Positions 49,839 through 59,391 of a DNA stretch of 64,000 bases are shown here, piece by piece (the stretch's first letter is position 1; each line of letters begins with the position of its first letter). The translations under genes were made by a program, and so were the position numbers. The stretch comes from a virus: the IMG/VR virus record IMGVR_UViG_3300029705_000088, one strand, 5' to 3'. The notes under the pieces were generated by a model. That model worked only from the letters and a program-made list of their open reading frames with translations, had not been told where the DNA came from and ran no database searches.

Positions 49839-50357
49839 ATGAATAACTTTCAGAAATTTTTTGGTCATTTGCGCACAGTAAATAAACATCGTAGAATGGT
49901 GCGTAAACTTTGTTTTAAATGCGGTCTTTATTGGCAAGGTCTTACACATGACCTTTCCAAGTATTCTCCTGTAGAGTTTTGGAATGGAGTAAAGTATTTT
50001 ACTGGTACTGCTTCACCTCATGTGGGTGAGCGAAAAGAAAAAGGCTACTCAGATGCTTGGCCGCATCATCATAATCGCAATAAGCATCATGGAGAATATT
50101 GGTGGGATATTGATTCTAATGGTAAGTCTTGTCCTATGCCAATGCCTGATAAATATTTTAAGGAAATGATTTGCGATAGAGTTGCCGCATCTATGATTTA
50201 TCTTGGAAAGAAATATACAGACAAATCTCCTTATGATTATTATATGTCTCATAAAGATGAAAATCAATTCCATAAAAATACAGGAGAACGTTTAGAAGTA
50301 GAATTATTTTATATTGGTGAATATGGTTTTGATAATTGGGTAAAGGATTATAGATAA
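49839..50357 (+). CDS. hypothetical His-rich protein
   Basis: ORF after promoter 49775-49820. HHHNRNKHHGEYWWD segment. Confidence 0.4.
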   Translation: MNNFQKFFGHLRTVNKHRRMVRKLCFKCGLYWQGLTHDLSKYSPVEFWNGVKYFTGTASPHVGERKEKGYSDAWPHHHNRNKHHGEYWWDIDSNGKSCPMPMPDKYFKEMICDRVAASMIYLGKKYTDKSPYDYYMSHKDENQFHKNTGERLEVELFYIGEYGFDNWVKDYR

Positions 50358-50828
50358 ATGATTAAACATATTAAATGTGATATCTTTGAATCCGGCGCAG
50401 ATGTAATTTGTCATCAAGTTAATTGTCAAGGCGTTATGGGTAGTGGTGTTGCTAAGCAAGTAAAAGAAAGATATCCTCATGTTTTTGAAGCATATAAGGT
50501 AATATGTATTCTATCTAAACGAAATGGGAAATCTTTACTTCAAAACGTACAAAGAGTGCAGATTAATGAAAAACAAGTTATTTTAAATTTGTTTGCTCAA
50601 GATAAATATGGATACGATGGACATTGTTATACAAATTATGACGCACTTAAAGCGTGTTTAATTAAAATCAATGATATGTACAAAAATACCAATAAAACTA
50701 TTGCTTTTCCTTATCTTATGTCTTGCGCTCGTGGCGGTGGAGACTGGAATATTGTATATAAAATGATTGAAGATATTTTTAAAGATTATGATGGAGATGT
50801 GTTAATTTGTGAATATGATGGAAAGTAA
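50358..50828 (+). CDS. Macro-domain protein (ADP-ribose binding/processing)
   Basis: N-terminal IKCDIFESGADVICHQVNCQGVMGSGVAKQV matches the Macro-domain core. Confidence 0.55.
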   Translation: MIKHIKCDIFESGADVICHQVNCQGVMGSGVAKQVKERYPHVFEAYKVICILSKRNGKSLLQNVQRVQINEKQVILNLFAQDKYGYDGHCYTNYDALKACLIKINDMYKNTNKTIAFPYLMSCARGGGDWNIVYKMIEDIFKDYDGDVLICEYDGK

Positions 50829-51210
50829 AGAAGTGTATAGAATTGATATTGGCGATTATTTTATTAAAAATGATACACTCTATAAAAGAATTCATGAAAC
50901 TTTTGAGGCCGATAAAGATGAAGTCTGTGCGATTAATTTAAATACTGGTAAACAAACGTGTATTTATATGCTTGATTTAGTAATACCAGTAGATATTGAA
51001 TATTGTATTACAGTTAAAAATGCTCAAGAAGCTATTTTAAAGTATATTGGCTCAGAAGATTTTTTAAAAAAATTAGAAAGTTGTAATACAGAATCGGGAT
51101 TTGAAGCTGGTGCTATGTGGGGAATGGCTATCGCAGCAATGCTAATAGATACTAAATGTGATAAATTTATAAATATAAAGGTAAAAAATAATGAAACTTT
51201 ATGTAATTAA
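50809..51210 (+). CDS. hypothetical protein
   Basis: ORF in the operon. Confidence 0.4.
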   Translation: MNMMESKEVYRIDIGDYFIKNDTLYKRIHETFEADKDEVCAINLNTGKQTCIYMLDLVIPVDIEYCITVKNAQEAILKYIGSEDFLKKLESCNTESGFEAGAMWGMAIAAMLIDTKCDKFINIKVKNNETLCN

Positions 51211-51454
51211 TATCAAAGAATACGATTACGATTGTTATACTGATTTTGTAGTTGCCGCAGATACTATTCCAGAAGCACTTGAATATATTTATCAAAAAGT
51301 TTGCGAAAAAAGTGATACACAAGGAAATAAATATTATGGTGATATTCCTTATTATCTTCGCTCTTCAAATATGGTTATAGCATGTCTTGGTGATTTTGAG
51401 CCTTATGATAAACTTGATAATCATGTTATTAGTTATGGATATTATAATGCTTAA
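51191..51454 (+). CDS. hypothetical protein
   Basis: ORF in the operon. Confidence 0.4.
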   Translation: MKLYVINIKEYDYDCYTDFVVAADTIPEALEYIYQKVCEKSDTQGNKYYGDIPYYLRSSNMVIACLGDFEPYDKLDNHVISYGYYNA

Positions 51455-51476
51455 AGGAAAATGGTAAAAGAAAACG

Positions 51477-51659
51477 ATGACAACCGTTAAAGAACTTAAA
51501 GAACTTATTAAAGATTTACCTGATGATACTCTTATTATTGTAAGAGTTGTTAATGATTATGGGAAGGATGCAAATATTCAAATCCATCCAGTGAGCAGAA
51601 AAGACTGTGGTTATTATAAATACGATAAAAATGGTAAAGAAAGTTTAGTGTTTCTCTAA
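51477..51659 (+). CDS. hypothetical small protein
   Basis: ORF in the operon. Confidence 0.35.
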   Translation: MTTVKELKELIKDLPDDTLIIVRVVNDYGKDANIQIHPVSRKDCGYYKYDKNGKESLVFL

Positions 51660-51670
51660 AGGAGATTAAA

Positions 51671-52036
51671 ATGCTTATTGTTAAATATTGTCCTGATGGA
51701 GAGCTTTTTCCAGACCATATTGCCGATAAATTAGTTAAAAATAAAATTAATGAATATTTGGCAAAATATAAACCATATGATAAAAATATGATTATCAAAG
51801 TGGCAAATGAATTAGCATTTAATTATTTTGTATTATTTACTATGCAAGAATTGATTGATTATGATGATATTAATATTTATTATAATGAACGTCATTGTGT
51901 AGTAGACAAATATCTTGGTGTAAGATATAAAGATAATGATTATGCTGAAGAAGGTTTATTTGCAAAATGTTTGGAACAAATTCTTAAAATTGGGTTTGAT
52001 AATTTAAAGAAAGATAAAAGAAAGGAAAATAACTAA
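51671..52036 (+). CDS. hypothetical protein
   Basis: ORF in the operon. Confidence 0.4.
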   Translation: MLIVKYCPDGELFPDHIADKLVKNKINEYLAKYKPYDKNMIIKVANELAFNYFVLFTMQELIDYDDINIYYNERHCVVDKYLGVRYKDNDYAEEGLFAKCLEQILKIGFDNLKKDKRKENN

Positions 52037-52038
52037 TT

Positions 52039-53262
52039 ATGATGAAACTTAGTCCTATTATTGTATCGCTTCTTGATACTGACCTTTATAAATTTAATAT
52101 GAATCAGGTAATGTTCCATAAGCATACCAATCTTAATGGTACATATATTTTTAAATGTCGCAATAAAGATGTGCGTTTTACTAAAGCAATGGTAGATGAA
52201 ATCAGCGAACAGATTAATCATCTTTGTACTCTGACTTTTACTGATGAAGAGCTTGATTATCTCGCATCTCTGAGATTTATCAAAAAGGACTACATTGAAT
52301 TCCTGCGGCTCTGGCACCCTATTCGCCAGTATGTAAAGGTCTGGCTTGAAACACATGAAGATAAGGAAATTACTGATAACACAGAAGGCGAACTTCATAT
52401 TGAGGTAAATGGTCCGCTCTTTAGTGCTATGCAGTTTGAAATCTATCTTCTTGAAATTGTGAATGAAGTATATTTCCGCATGAAGTATGATTATCTTGCT
52501 CTTGTAAAGAGCGCAAGAGAAAAACTTATGTTTAAGATTAATCAGTTCCGCATGGAAATTTATGATTTCAAGTTCGCAGAATTCGGTTGCCGCAGACGTC
52601 TTAGCCGCGAATGGCAGGATTATGTTCTTGGCGAACTGCTTGCTACCGGACACTGTGTTGGCACATCCAATGTATTTCTCGCTATGAAGTATGGTTGTAA
52701 ACCTATTGGCACCTACGCGCATGAATATGTCCAGATGTATCAGGGTGTGCCGGGCGTAACTCTTGCATATACTAATAAGATGGCAATGGAAGAGTGGTTT
52801 GATGAATATCAGGGTGATAATGGTACTGCTCTTACGGATACACTTGGAACTGACCTGTTCCTTATGGATTTCAATAAGCTTCAGGCAATGTGCTATACTG
52901 GTGTTCGCCATGATAGTGGAGACCCTATTGAATGGGGTGAAAAGATTATTGCTCATTATGAAAAGCTTGGTATTGACCCAAAAACTAAGACACTTCTCTT
53001 TAGTGACAGTTTAAATTTTGATAGAGCACAGAAAATTTATAATCATTTCAAAGATAGAGTTAATGTAAGTTTTGGTATTGGTACCTATCTTAGTAATGAT
53101 ACTAATGTTGAACCTTTAAATATTGTTATTAAACTTCAGTATGTTAATGGTCATCCAGTAGCAAAGCTTAGTGACGTTCCGGGCAAGACTATGTGTCAGG
53201 ATGAAAATTATGCTGAATATTTGAAAAACGCTGTAAATTATAGATTGAAAGAAGGTATTTAA
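52039..53262 (+). CDS. pncB: nicotinate phosphoribosyltransferase
   Basis: N-terminal IIVSLLDTDLYKFNMNQVMFH is the PncB hallmark. Length about 407 aa. Confidence 0.6.
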   Translation: MMKLSPIIVSLLDTDLYKFNMNQVMFHKHTNLNGTYIFKCRNKDVRFTKAMVDEISEQINHLCTLTFTDEELDYLASLRFIKKDYIEFLRLWHPIRQYVKVWLETHEDKEITDNTEGELHIEVNGPLFSAMQFEIYLLEIVNEVYFRMKYDYLALVKSAREKLMFKINQFRMEIYDFKFAEFGCRRRLSREWQDYVLGELLATGHCVGTSNVFLAMKYGCKPIGTYAHEYVQMYQGVPGVTLAYTNKMAMEEWFDEYQGDNGTALTDTLGTDLFLMDFNKLQAMCYTGVRHDSGDPIEWGEKIIAHYEKLGIDPKTKTLLFSDSLNFDRAQKIYNHFKDRVNVSFGIGTYLSNDTNVEPLNIVIKLQYVNGHPVAKLSDVPGKTMCQDENYAEYLKNAVNYRLKEGI

Positions 53263-53265
53263 ATT

Positions 53266-54114
53266 ATGAGTACTATTTTTAATACAGATTATGTGTTTGA
53301 TGCTGAACTTCAGAAAAATAAAATTATTGATTGGATTAAGGAATATTTTGCTGATAATGGACCGAATTCTCCAGCAGTAATTGGAATGTCTGGCGGTAAG
53401 GATTCTGCGGTTTGTGCTGCTCTTTGTACCGCCGCTCTTGGAAAAAATAGAGTATATGGTATTATTATTCCCGATGGTAATATGCGAAAATGTGATGTAG
53501 ATTGTGCTAAAGATGTCTGTAATATTCTTGGAATTAATTATTTTACAGTAAATATTGGCGACACAACTAAAGCCATTTATAACGCATTTGATAATACATT
53601 TTGTGATTATTGTCCCACACCAATTGATTATAAAATTAATTTCAAGGATAATTCTGTTGTTACAACAAATTTACCCGCACGAATTCGTATGACTACTCTT
53701 TATGCAATTGCGGCAGCCCTTGAAAATGGAGGTAGAGTAGTAAATACTTGTAATTTATCTGAAGATTATATTGGATATTTTACAAAGTATGGCGATGGCG
53801 TAGGTGATTTTAGTCCTTTAGCAGATTATACTGCTACAGAAGTTTGTCAAATTGGCTATGCTCTTGGTCTACCGGATTATATTGTAGGCAAAGCTCCCGA
53901 TGATGGTATGTGCGGTAAAACTGATGAAGAAAATTTTGGATTTACTTATAAAGAGTTGGATAATTATATTAGATATAGAATTATTCCAGAAGATGTAAAT
54001 ACTCTTGCCGCAATTAAACATCTTCATAGCATTAGTAGACATAAAGATAATATTAATATTCCTTTTGTCGGCATTATGTCCAAGATGAATGGAGTTTTTA
54101 AAAATGGGAAATAG
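53266..54114 (+). CDS. nadE: NH3-dependent NAD+ synthetase
   Basis: PP-loop SGGKDSAV, plus length and context. Confidence 0.6.
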   Translation: MSTIFNTDYVFDAELQKNKIIDWIKEYFADNGPNSPAVIGMSGGKDSAVCAALCTAALGKNRVYGIIIPDGNMRKCDVDCAKDVCNILGINYFTVNIGDTTKAIYNAFDNTFCDYCPTPIDYKINFKDNSVVTTNLPARIRMTTLYAIAAALENGGRVVNTCNLSEDYIGYFTKYGDGVGDFSPLADYTATEVCQIGYALGLPDYIVGKAPDDGMCGKTDEENFGFTYKELDNYIRYRIIPEDVNTLAAIKHLHSISRHKDNINIPFVGIMSKMNGVFKNGK

Positions 54115-54550
54115 AATTGATTGTTTTAATGGAGAATATGCTTTTTTAAGTAATTTTTATAATTCACCATTTGAATATGATGGAATTATTTATCCTACTA
54201 ATGAACATTTCTTTCAAGCAATGAAAACATCTGATATAGAAGAACGAAAAAGAATCGCCGCAGCCGCTACTCCAGGTAGAGCTAAATATTTAGGCCGAGG
54301 TGTAAAATTACGCGCTGACTGGGATACTGCTCGTGTAATGGTAATGAAACTGGGTCTTTATCTTAAATTTACAACTTCATTAGAATTACGAGATAAACTT
54401 ATTGCTACTGGAGATAGTGAATTAATTGAAGGTAATACTTGGAATGATACGTATTGGGGTGTATGTAATAATATTGGACACAATATGCTTGGAAAATGTC
54501 TAATGGAGTTAAGAGAATTTCTACAAAGTTGTCCTGAAGCTAATTTGTAG
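54089..54550 (+). CDS. NADAR (YbiA-like) domain protein
   Basis: FNGEYAFLSNFY...YPTNEHFFQAMK, DUF1768/NADAR signature. Confidence 0.55.
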   Translation: MEFLKMGNRIDCFNGEYAFLSNFYNSPFEYDGIIYPTNEHFFQAMKTSDIEERKRIAAAATPGRAKYLGRGVKLRADWDTARVMVMKLGLYLKFTTSLELRDKLIATGDSELIEGNTWNDTYWGVCNNIGHNMLGKCLMELREFLQSCPEANL

Positions 54551-54594
54551 ACATTACATGAACAATATAAGCAAGTAAAAATTTGAGGTAATAA

Positions 54595-55083
54595 ATGGAT
54601 AAGAGTAAAATTATTGTAATTTGTTTAGCAATTTTTCTTATTTTTGTCGGGTGTTTTACTGTTGGTGTTATTAATAACCAAAGTGAGCTTCCAACTATTG
54701 ATACTACAATTAATGAATTAAAAAGTGATTTTAATGCTGAAATTTTAGGATGTATTCTTACAAAAGACTGGGATGATAATCCTAGTCTTGGTGTTAAAAT
54801 TAAATGGACTAATAATAGTACAGAGACTTGTTCTTATTGGTTAAATTTAATGAATGAAGCTTTTCAAAATGGAGTTGAATTGGAAGTTACTTGGCCCGAT
54901 GCTGATAATGAATATTATAAATATTATGAAAATAGTGACCTTGATTTAAGACCAGGCGCTTCACTTGAAGTTATGGTTTTCTTTAAACTTCGTGATACAA
55001 AAAATCCTGTAGAAATTGAAATTAGTGAAACATTTAGTTTAGATAATATTATTATTACAACCGGAACATATAATTTTAAATAA
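54595..55083 (+). CDS. secreted/membrane-anchored protein
   Basis: N-terminal hydrophobic helix. Terminator at 55087-55120. Confidence 0.4.
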   Translation: MDKSKIIVICLAIFLIFVGCFTVGVINNQSELPTIDTTINELKSDFNAEILGCILTKDWDDNPSLGVKIKWTNNSTETCSYWLNLMNEAFQNGVELEVTWPDADNEYYKYYENSDLDLRPGASLEVMVFFKLRDTKNPVEIEISETFSLDNIIITTGTYNFK

Positions 55084-55086
55084 AAT

Positions 55087-55120
55087 AAGCCCTTCTATTT
55101 AGAATAGAAGGGCTTATTTG
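55087..55120 (+). terminator. rho-independent terminator
   Basis: aagcccttctatt-tag-aatagaagggctt hairpin. Confidence 0.55.
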
Positions 55121-55160
55121 ATTTTATTATAAAAATATGATATAATATATATATAAAATA
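55118..55160 (+). promoter_or_regulatory. conserved phage promoter
   Basis: TTGATT at 55118, TATAAT at 55141. Confidence 0.55.
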
Positions 55161-55447
55161 AGAAAGGAAATAAAATATATGAAACATAAATATGCTGTAG
55201 TTTTTAAAAAAGTTCATACTTATTATGTAGATGCAGAAAACGTAGATGAAGCGGAAAATATTGCTTTTGACATGGATGCTGATAAAGAAAATGATATTTC
55301 TTGGGTAACTGACCCAGTAGATGAAATTTATGTGGAGAGATTAGACTAATGAGTGGAATTATACTTGGTTTAATTGGCGGCACAAGCGTAATTGTAGTAT
55401 GTATTTTATTTGCTGTAATTATTCTTTCAGTTATAGGAGGCATTTAA

Positions 55448-56131
55448 ATGAATATATATGCTGTATCTGATTTACATGGTCAGATTGATTTATATAAGCA
55501 AATTAAAACATTTCTTAAAAAAAATGATATTGTATATTGTCTTGGAGATTGCGGAGACCGCGGTCCCGCAAGTTGGGAATTAATTAAAGCAGTTGCATGC
55601 GACCCGCAATTTATTTATCTTAAAGGAAACCATGAAGATATGCTTGTAAAAGCTATGTGTGAGTATGGTAGAGATGAATATATGGGAAAAAATTGCCATC
55701 TTCTTTTCTCTAATGGAGGAGAATCAACTTTATTTGGTTGGATTACTGATGGCGCCGATATGGGATGGATGAATTATTTATCTAAACTTCCAACAATTAA
55801 ATCTTATTATAATCAATATCAAGATATTGAAATTATAATGTGCCATGCTGGTTATTCCAACTATAATGATACTATTCCTTGTGAAGAGGATTTACTTTGG
55901 AGTAGAGAACATTTTCTTGATGTCCCTCCAGAAGGCAGAACACTTATGGTTCATGGACACACTCCAATCCCTTATCTTGCCGAAGACCTTGGTATAAGAG
56001 AAGCTGAATTTGAAGGTGCTTTCTGGTATTGTAATGATAAAAAAGTATGTATTGATTGTGGAGCTTTTGCTACTGGAATGACAGTACTTTTAGATTTAGA
56101 TACTTTTGATGAACATATTTTTCAAATTTGA
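55448..56131 (+). CDS. calcineurin-like metallophosphoesterase (PP2B/ApaH-like)
   Basis: DLHG, GDCGDRG and GNHE motifs. Confidence 0.55.
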   Translation: MNIYAVSDLHGQIDLYKQIKTFLKKNDIVYCLGDCGDRGPASWELIKAVACDPQFIYLKGNHEDMLVKAMCEYGRDEYMGKNCHLLFSNGGESTLFGWITDGADMGWMNYLSKLPTIKSYYNQYQDIEIIMCHAGYSNYNDTIPCEEDLLWSREHFLDVPPEGRTLMVHGHTPIPYLAEDLGIREAEFEGAFWYCNDKKVCIDCGAFATGMTVLLDLDTFDEHIFQI

Positions 56132-56170
56132 AAATAATAAAAAAATATGATATAATATATATATAGAAAA
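56128..56170 (+). promoter_or_regulatory. conserved phage promoter
   Basis: TTGAAA at 56128, TATAAT at 56151. Confidence 0.55.
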
Positions 56171-56193
56171 TAAAGAAAGGAGATAAATTATAA

Positions 56194-56409
56194 ATGAAAT
56201 TTTTATCTGGAGTTTTTGCTGCTCTATTAGTATTTTTAATTTATATGTTAGTTTATGTTCCCGGCGCACTTATTGCTTGCTGGCTTTGGTCTACAATTAT
56301 TGTTCCAGTATTTTCTGCTCCAACATTAACTTTTTGGCAAATGTATGGAATTCTTTGGTTGTTTAAATGTTTAAATATCGGTAATATTAATATTAATGAT
56401 AAGGACTAA
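56194..56409 (+). CDS. small membrane protein
   Basis: Two TM segments. Confidence 0.4.
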   Translation: MKFLSGVFAALLVFLIYMLVYVPGALIACWLWSTIIVPVFSAPTLTFWQMYGILWLFKCLNIGNININDKD

Positions 56410-56641
56410 AGCAATGGCGCGTCAAAATGTAAAAAGTAATACTCATGATTTTTATTGTACAAAATGTGGAAATAAGGGTATTCCAATAGTAAGAAAACGT
56501 GGATGTGAACGAGAAAAATTTCATAAAAAGAAATTATTTTGTTTATATTGCGGCGATGAAATAAATCATATTGAATGTCGTTCAATGGAAGAAGTTGAAC
56601 AATTTAAAATTGATTTTGCGAAAGGAGTATATAATGAATAA
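56396..56641 (+). CDS. zinc-ribbon protein
   Basis: CTKCGNKG...CLYCGDE. Confidence 0.4.
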   Translation: MIRTKAMARQNVKSNTHDFYCTKCGNKGIPIVRKRGCEREKFHKKKLFCLYCGDEINHIECRSMEEVEQFKIDFAKGVYNE

Positions 56642-57158
56642 AACTCTCTATTTACTTTGCGGCATTCCTGGTTCAGGAAAAACTACTTGGGTGAAAAATC
56701 AGCAGGAATATTTAGATAATAGTATTCATATCAGCAGAGATGAAATTCGTTTTTCTCTTTTGAAAGATAATGATGATTATTTTGCTAAAGAAAATTTAGT
56801 GTTTAATACATTTATTAATAAAATTAACGAAAGTATTAAATCTACTGATAAAGAAATTATTTTTGTTGATGCTACTCATTTAAATGAGGCCGCAAGGAAT
56901 AAGGTGTTGGATAAACTCAATTTATCTTCTATTTCTGTTGTCCCTGTAAATTTTAATCTTTCAGTAGATACTTGTGTTTATCGTAATTCATTTCGTTCTG
57001 GGAGAGCAAATGTTCCTGATAATGTAATTAAAAATATGTTTAATAAATATAATCCTGCTAATTATGGAGAAAAACATAATTATACTTATATTTTAAATAT
57101 TAATGAAGATAATAATTATATGATTTCAATTGATAAAGGAGTGGATGAAAATGAATAA
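56634..57158 (+). CDS. P-loop polynucleotide-kinase-like kinase
   Basis: LLCGIPGSGKTTW P-loop immediately at the N-terminus, as in T4 Pnk / AAA_33 kinases. ATG at 56634. Confidence 0.5.
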   Translation: MNKTLYLLCGIPGSGKTTWVKNQQEYLDNSIHISRDEIRFSLLKDNDDYFAKENLVFNTFINKINESIKSTDKEIIFVDATHLNEAARNKVLDKLNLSSISVVPVNFNLSVDTCVYRNSFRSGRANVPDNVIKNMFNKYNPANYGEKHNYTYILNINEDNNYMISIDKGVDENE

Positions 57159-57711
57159 TATCTGGATTACAAGTGACCTCCACATTGGGCATGATAGAGA
57201 ATTTGTGTGGGGACCTCGCGGATTTACTTGCATTGCTCACCATGATGAATCTATTGTAGAAAATTTTAATAATACAGTAAATGATGAAGATGATGTATAT
57301 ATTCTTGGTGATTTAATGCTTGGTGATAATAATTATGGTATCGGAATGCTTAAAAATCTTAAAGGCAGACTACATATTGTAAGAGGAAACCATGACACAA
57401 ATCCACGTTGGGAACTTTATAAAAATCTTCCTAATGTAGTTGAAATGGGAGATGCTCTTCGTTTTAAAAGTGAAGGATATAATTTTTATTGTTCTCATTA
57501 TCCCACTATTACTTCTAATTTTGAAAAAGATAGTCTAAAACAGATTGAAATTAATCTTTATGGACATACACATCAGCAGACAGATTTCTATGAAGATAGA
57601 CCTTTTATGTTTCATTGTGGAGTTGATTCTTTACTCAATTTTCCTATTAATATTGAATCAGTAATTAATAGATGTAAAAATGAAGTAGAAAAATGTATTA
57701 AATATCTTTAA
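57150..57711 (+). CDS. calcineurin-like metallophosphoesterase
   Basis: ITSDLHIGHD, GDLMLGDNN and GNHD motifs. ATG at 57150, overlapping the end of the kinase gene. Confidence 0.55.
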
Positions 57712-57751
57712 TTTGTTCATTTAAAAATTTATATAAAATAAGGAGAAAAAA

Positions 57752-59215
57752 ATGTTAGAATTTATTACTTCCGCATCTTTTCTTATCCCCGTTATTGGAA
57801 TTGTTGCTCTTCTTCTCATTCTTATGAGTGGTTATGTGAAAGCTCCTCCGGATATGGCATATGTAATTTCTGGTTTGAGAAAGAAGCCAAGAATTCTTAT
57901 TGGTAGAGCCGGCATTAAAATTCCTTTCTTTGAACGTCTTGACAAGCTTGAACTTGGTGTAATTCAGATTGATGTAAAAACTTCATCTGCGGTTCCAACA
58001 GCAGAATACATTAATGTACGAGTTGATTCCAATGTAAATGTTCGTATTGGTCAGACCCCCGAAATGATGGAACTTGCTTGCCAGAACTTCCTTGGAGTAA
58101 AGAAAAATGTAATTAATGAAAAGATTTCTTGTCTGCTTGAAGGTAATGTGCGAGAAATTGTAGGCCAGATGAAACTTACTGATATGGTAAGTAATAGAAA
58201 GGCATTCTCTGAAAAGGTATAGGAAAACGCAGTTCCCGACCTTAAGCGTCTTGGACTTGAATTAATTTCATTTAACGTTCAGAATTTCGTAGATGATAAT
58301 GATGTTATCAATAATCTTGGTATTGATAACGTAGAACAAATTCGTAAGAAGGCTTCTATTGCTAAGTCTGACGCACAGAGAGAAATTGCTATTGCTGAGG
58401 CAGAAAACGCCAAGAGCGCCAATGACGCTAAGGTTGCGGCCGCTGAAGAAATCGCCGTCCGCAATAACGCTCTTGAAATTCGTCAGGCTGAACTGAAGAA
58501 GAGTGCAGATACGCAGAAGGCGCAGGCTGAAGCTGCTATGGAGATTGAAGCAGAGAATCAGCGCAAGCTGAAGAATATTGCTTCTACTGACGCAGAAATC
58601 GCTAAGGCTGAACGTGAGGCAGAACTTAGACAGAAGGAAATTGAACTGCGTGAGTATGAACTTGATGCTCTTGTTCGTAAGCAGGCAGATGCTGATAAGT
58701 ATGCCGCAGAGCAGAAAGCAGCCGCTGAGCTTGTAGTTCGTCAGAGAAAAGCAGAAGCTGAACGCTATGAAAGAGAGCAGAAAGCTGAAGCAGATAAGTA
58801 TGCGGCAGCTCAGGAAGCAGAAGCTATTAGAGCTAAGGCTGAAGCAGATAAGTATGCTGCTCTGGCTGAAGCGGAAGGTATTGCGGCTATTAAGAAGGCA
58901 GAAGCAGAAGGTATTCGTGCTACCGGTGTTGCTGAAGCCGAAGGTATTGATAAGAAGGCTGAAGCACAGAAGAAGATGGGTGAAGCTTCTATCCTGGAAA
59001 TGTATCTTAACGCTCTCCCCGAAGTAGTTAAGAATGCGGCAGCTCCTCTCTCTGCTGTTGATTCCATTACCATGTACGGCTCTGATGGAACCACAAAGCT
59101 TGTTAGTGATGTAATGCAGACCAGTGACCAGATTATTAAGGCTCTTACCGAATCTACCGGTATTGATATTAAGTCAGTAATTTCTGGTTATCTTGGTGGT
59201 AAGGCTGCTCAGTAA
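57752..59215 (+). CDS. flotillin-like SPFH protein, one in-frame TAG
   Basis: N-terminal TM helix, SPFH core and a long Ala/Glu/Lys coiled-coil. TAG at 58220-58222 with frame continuity to 59215, checked by hand translation. Terminator at 59223-59254. Confidence 0.55.
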
Positions 59216-59222
59216 TTTTTAG

Positions 59223-59254
59223 AAGGTATGAAAATTTCATACCTTCTTTTTTTA
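59223..59254 (+). terminator. rho-independent terminator
   Basis: gaaggtatgaaa-a-tttcataccttc hairpin plus T7. Confidence 0.55.
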
Positions 59255-59327
59255 TCCTTTGTCTCGCCACGCTCGTAGTTTCAAAACTCTGCGCCTATAG
59301 CAATTTTTTTACCAAAAAGTACATTAC

Positions 59328-59370
59328 TTGATTTTACTTATTTTTTATGATATAATATATATAGAATAAA
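59328..59370 (+). promoter_or_regulatory. conserved phage promoter
   Basis: TTGATT at 59328, TATAAT at 59351. Confidence 0.55.
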
Positions 59371-59391
59371 TTTAAAAAAAGGAGAATAATT

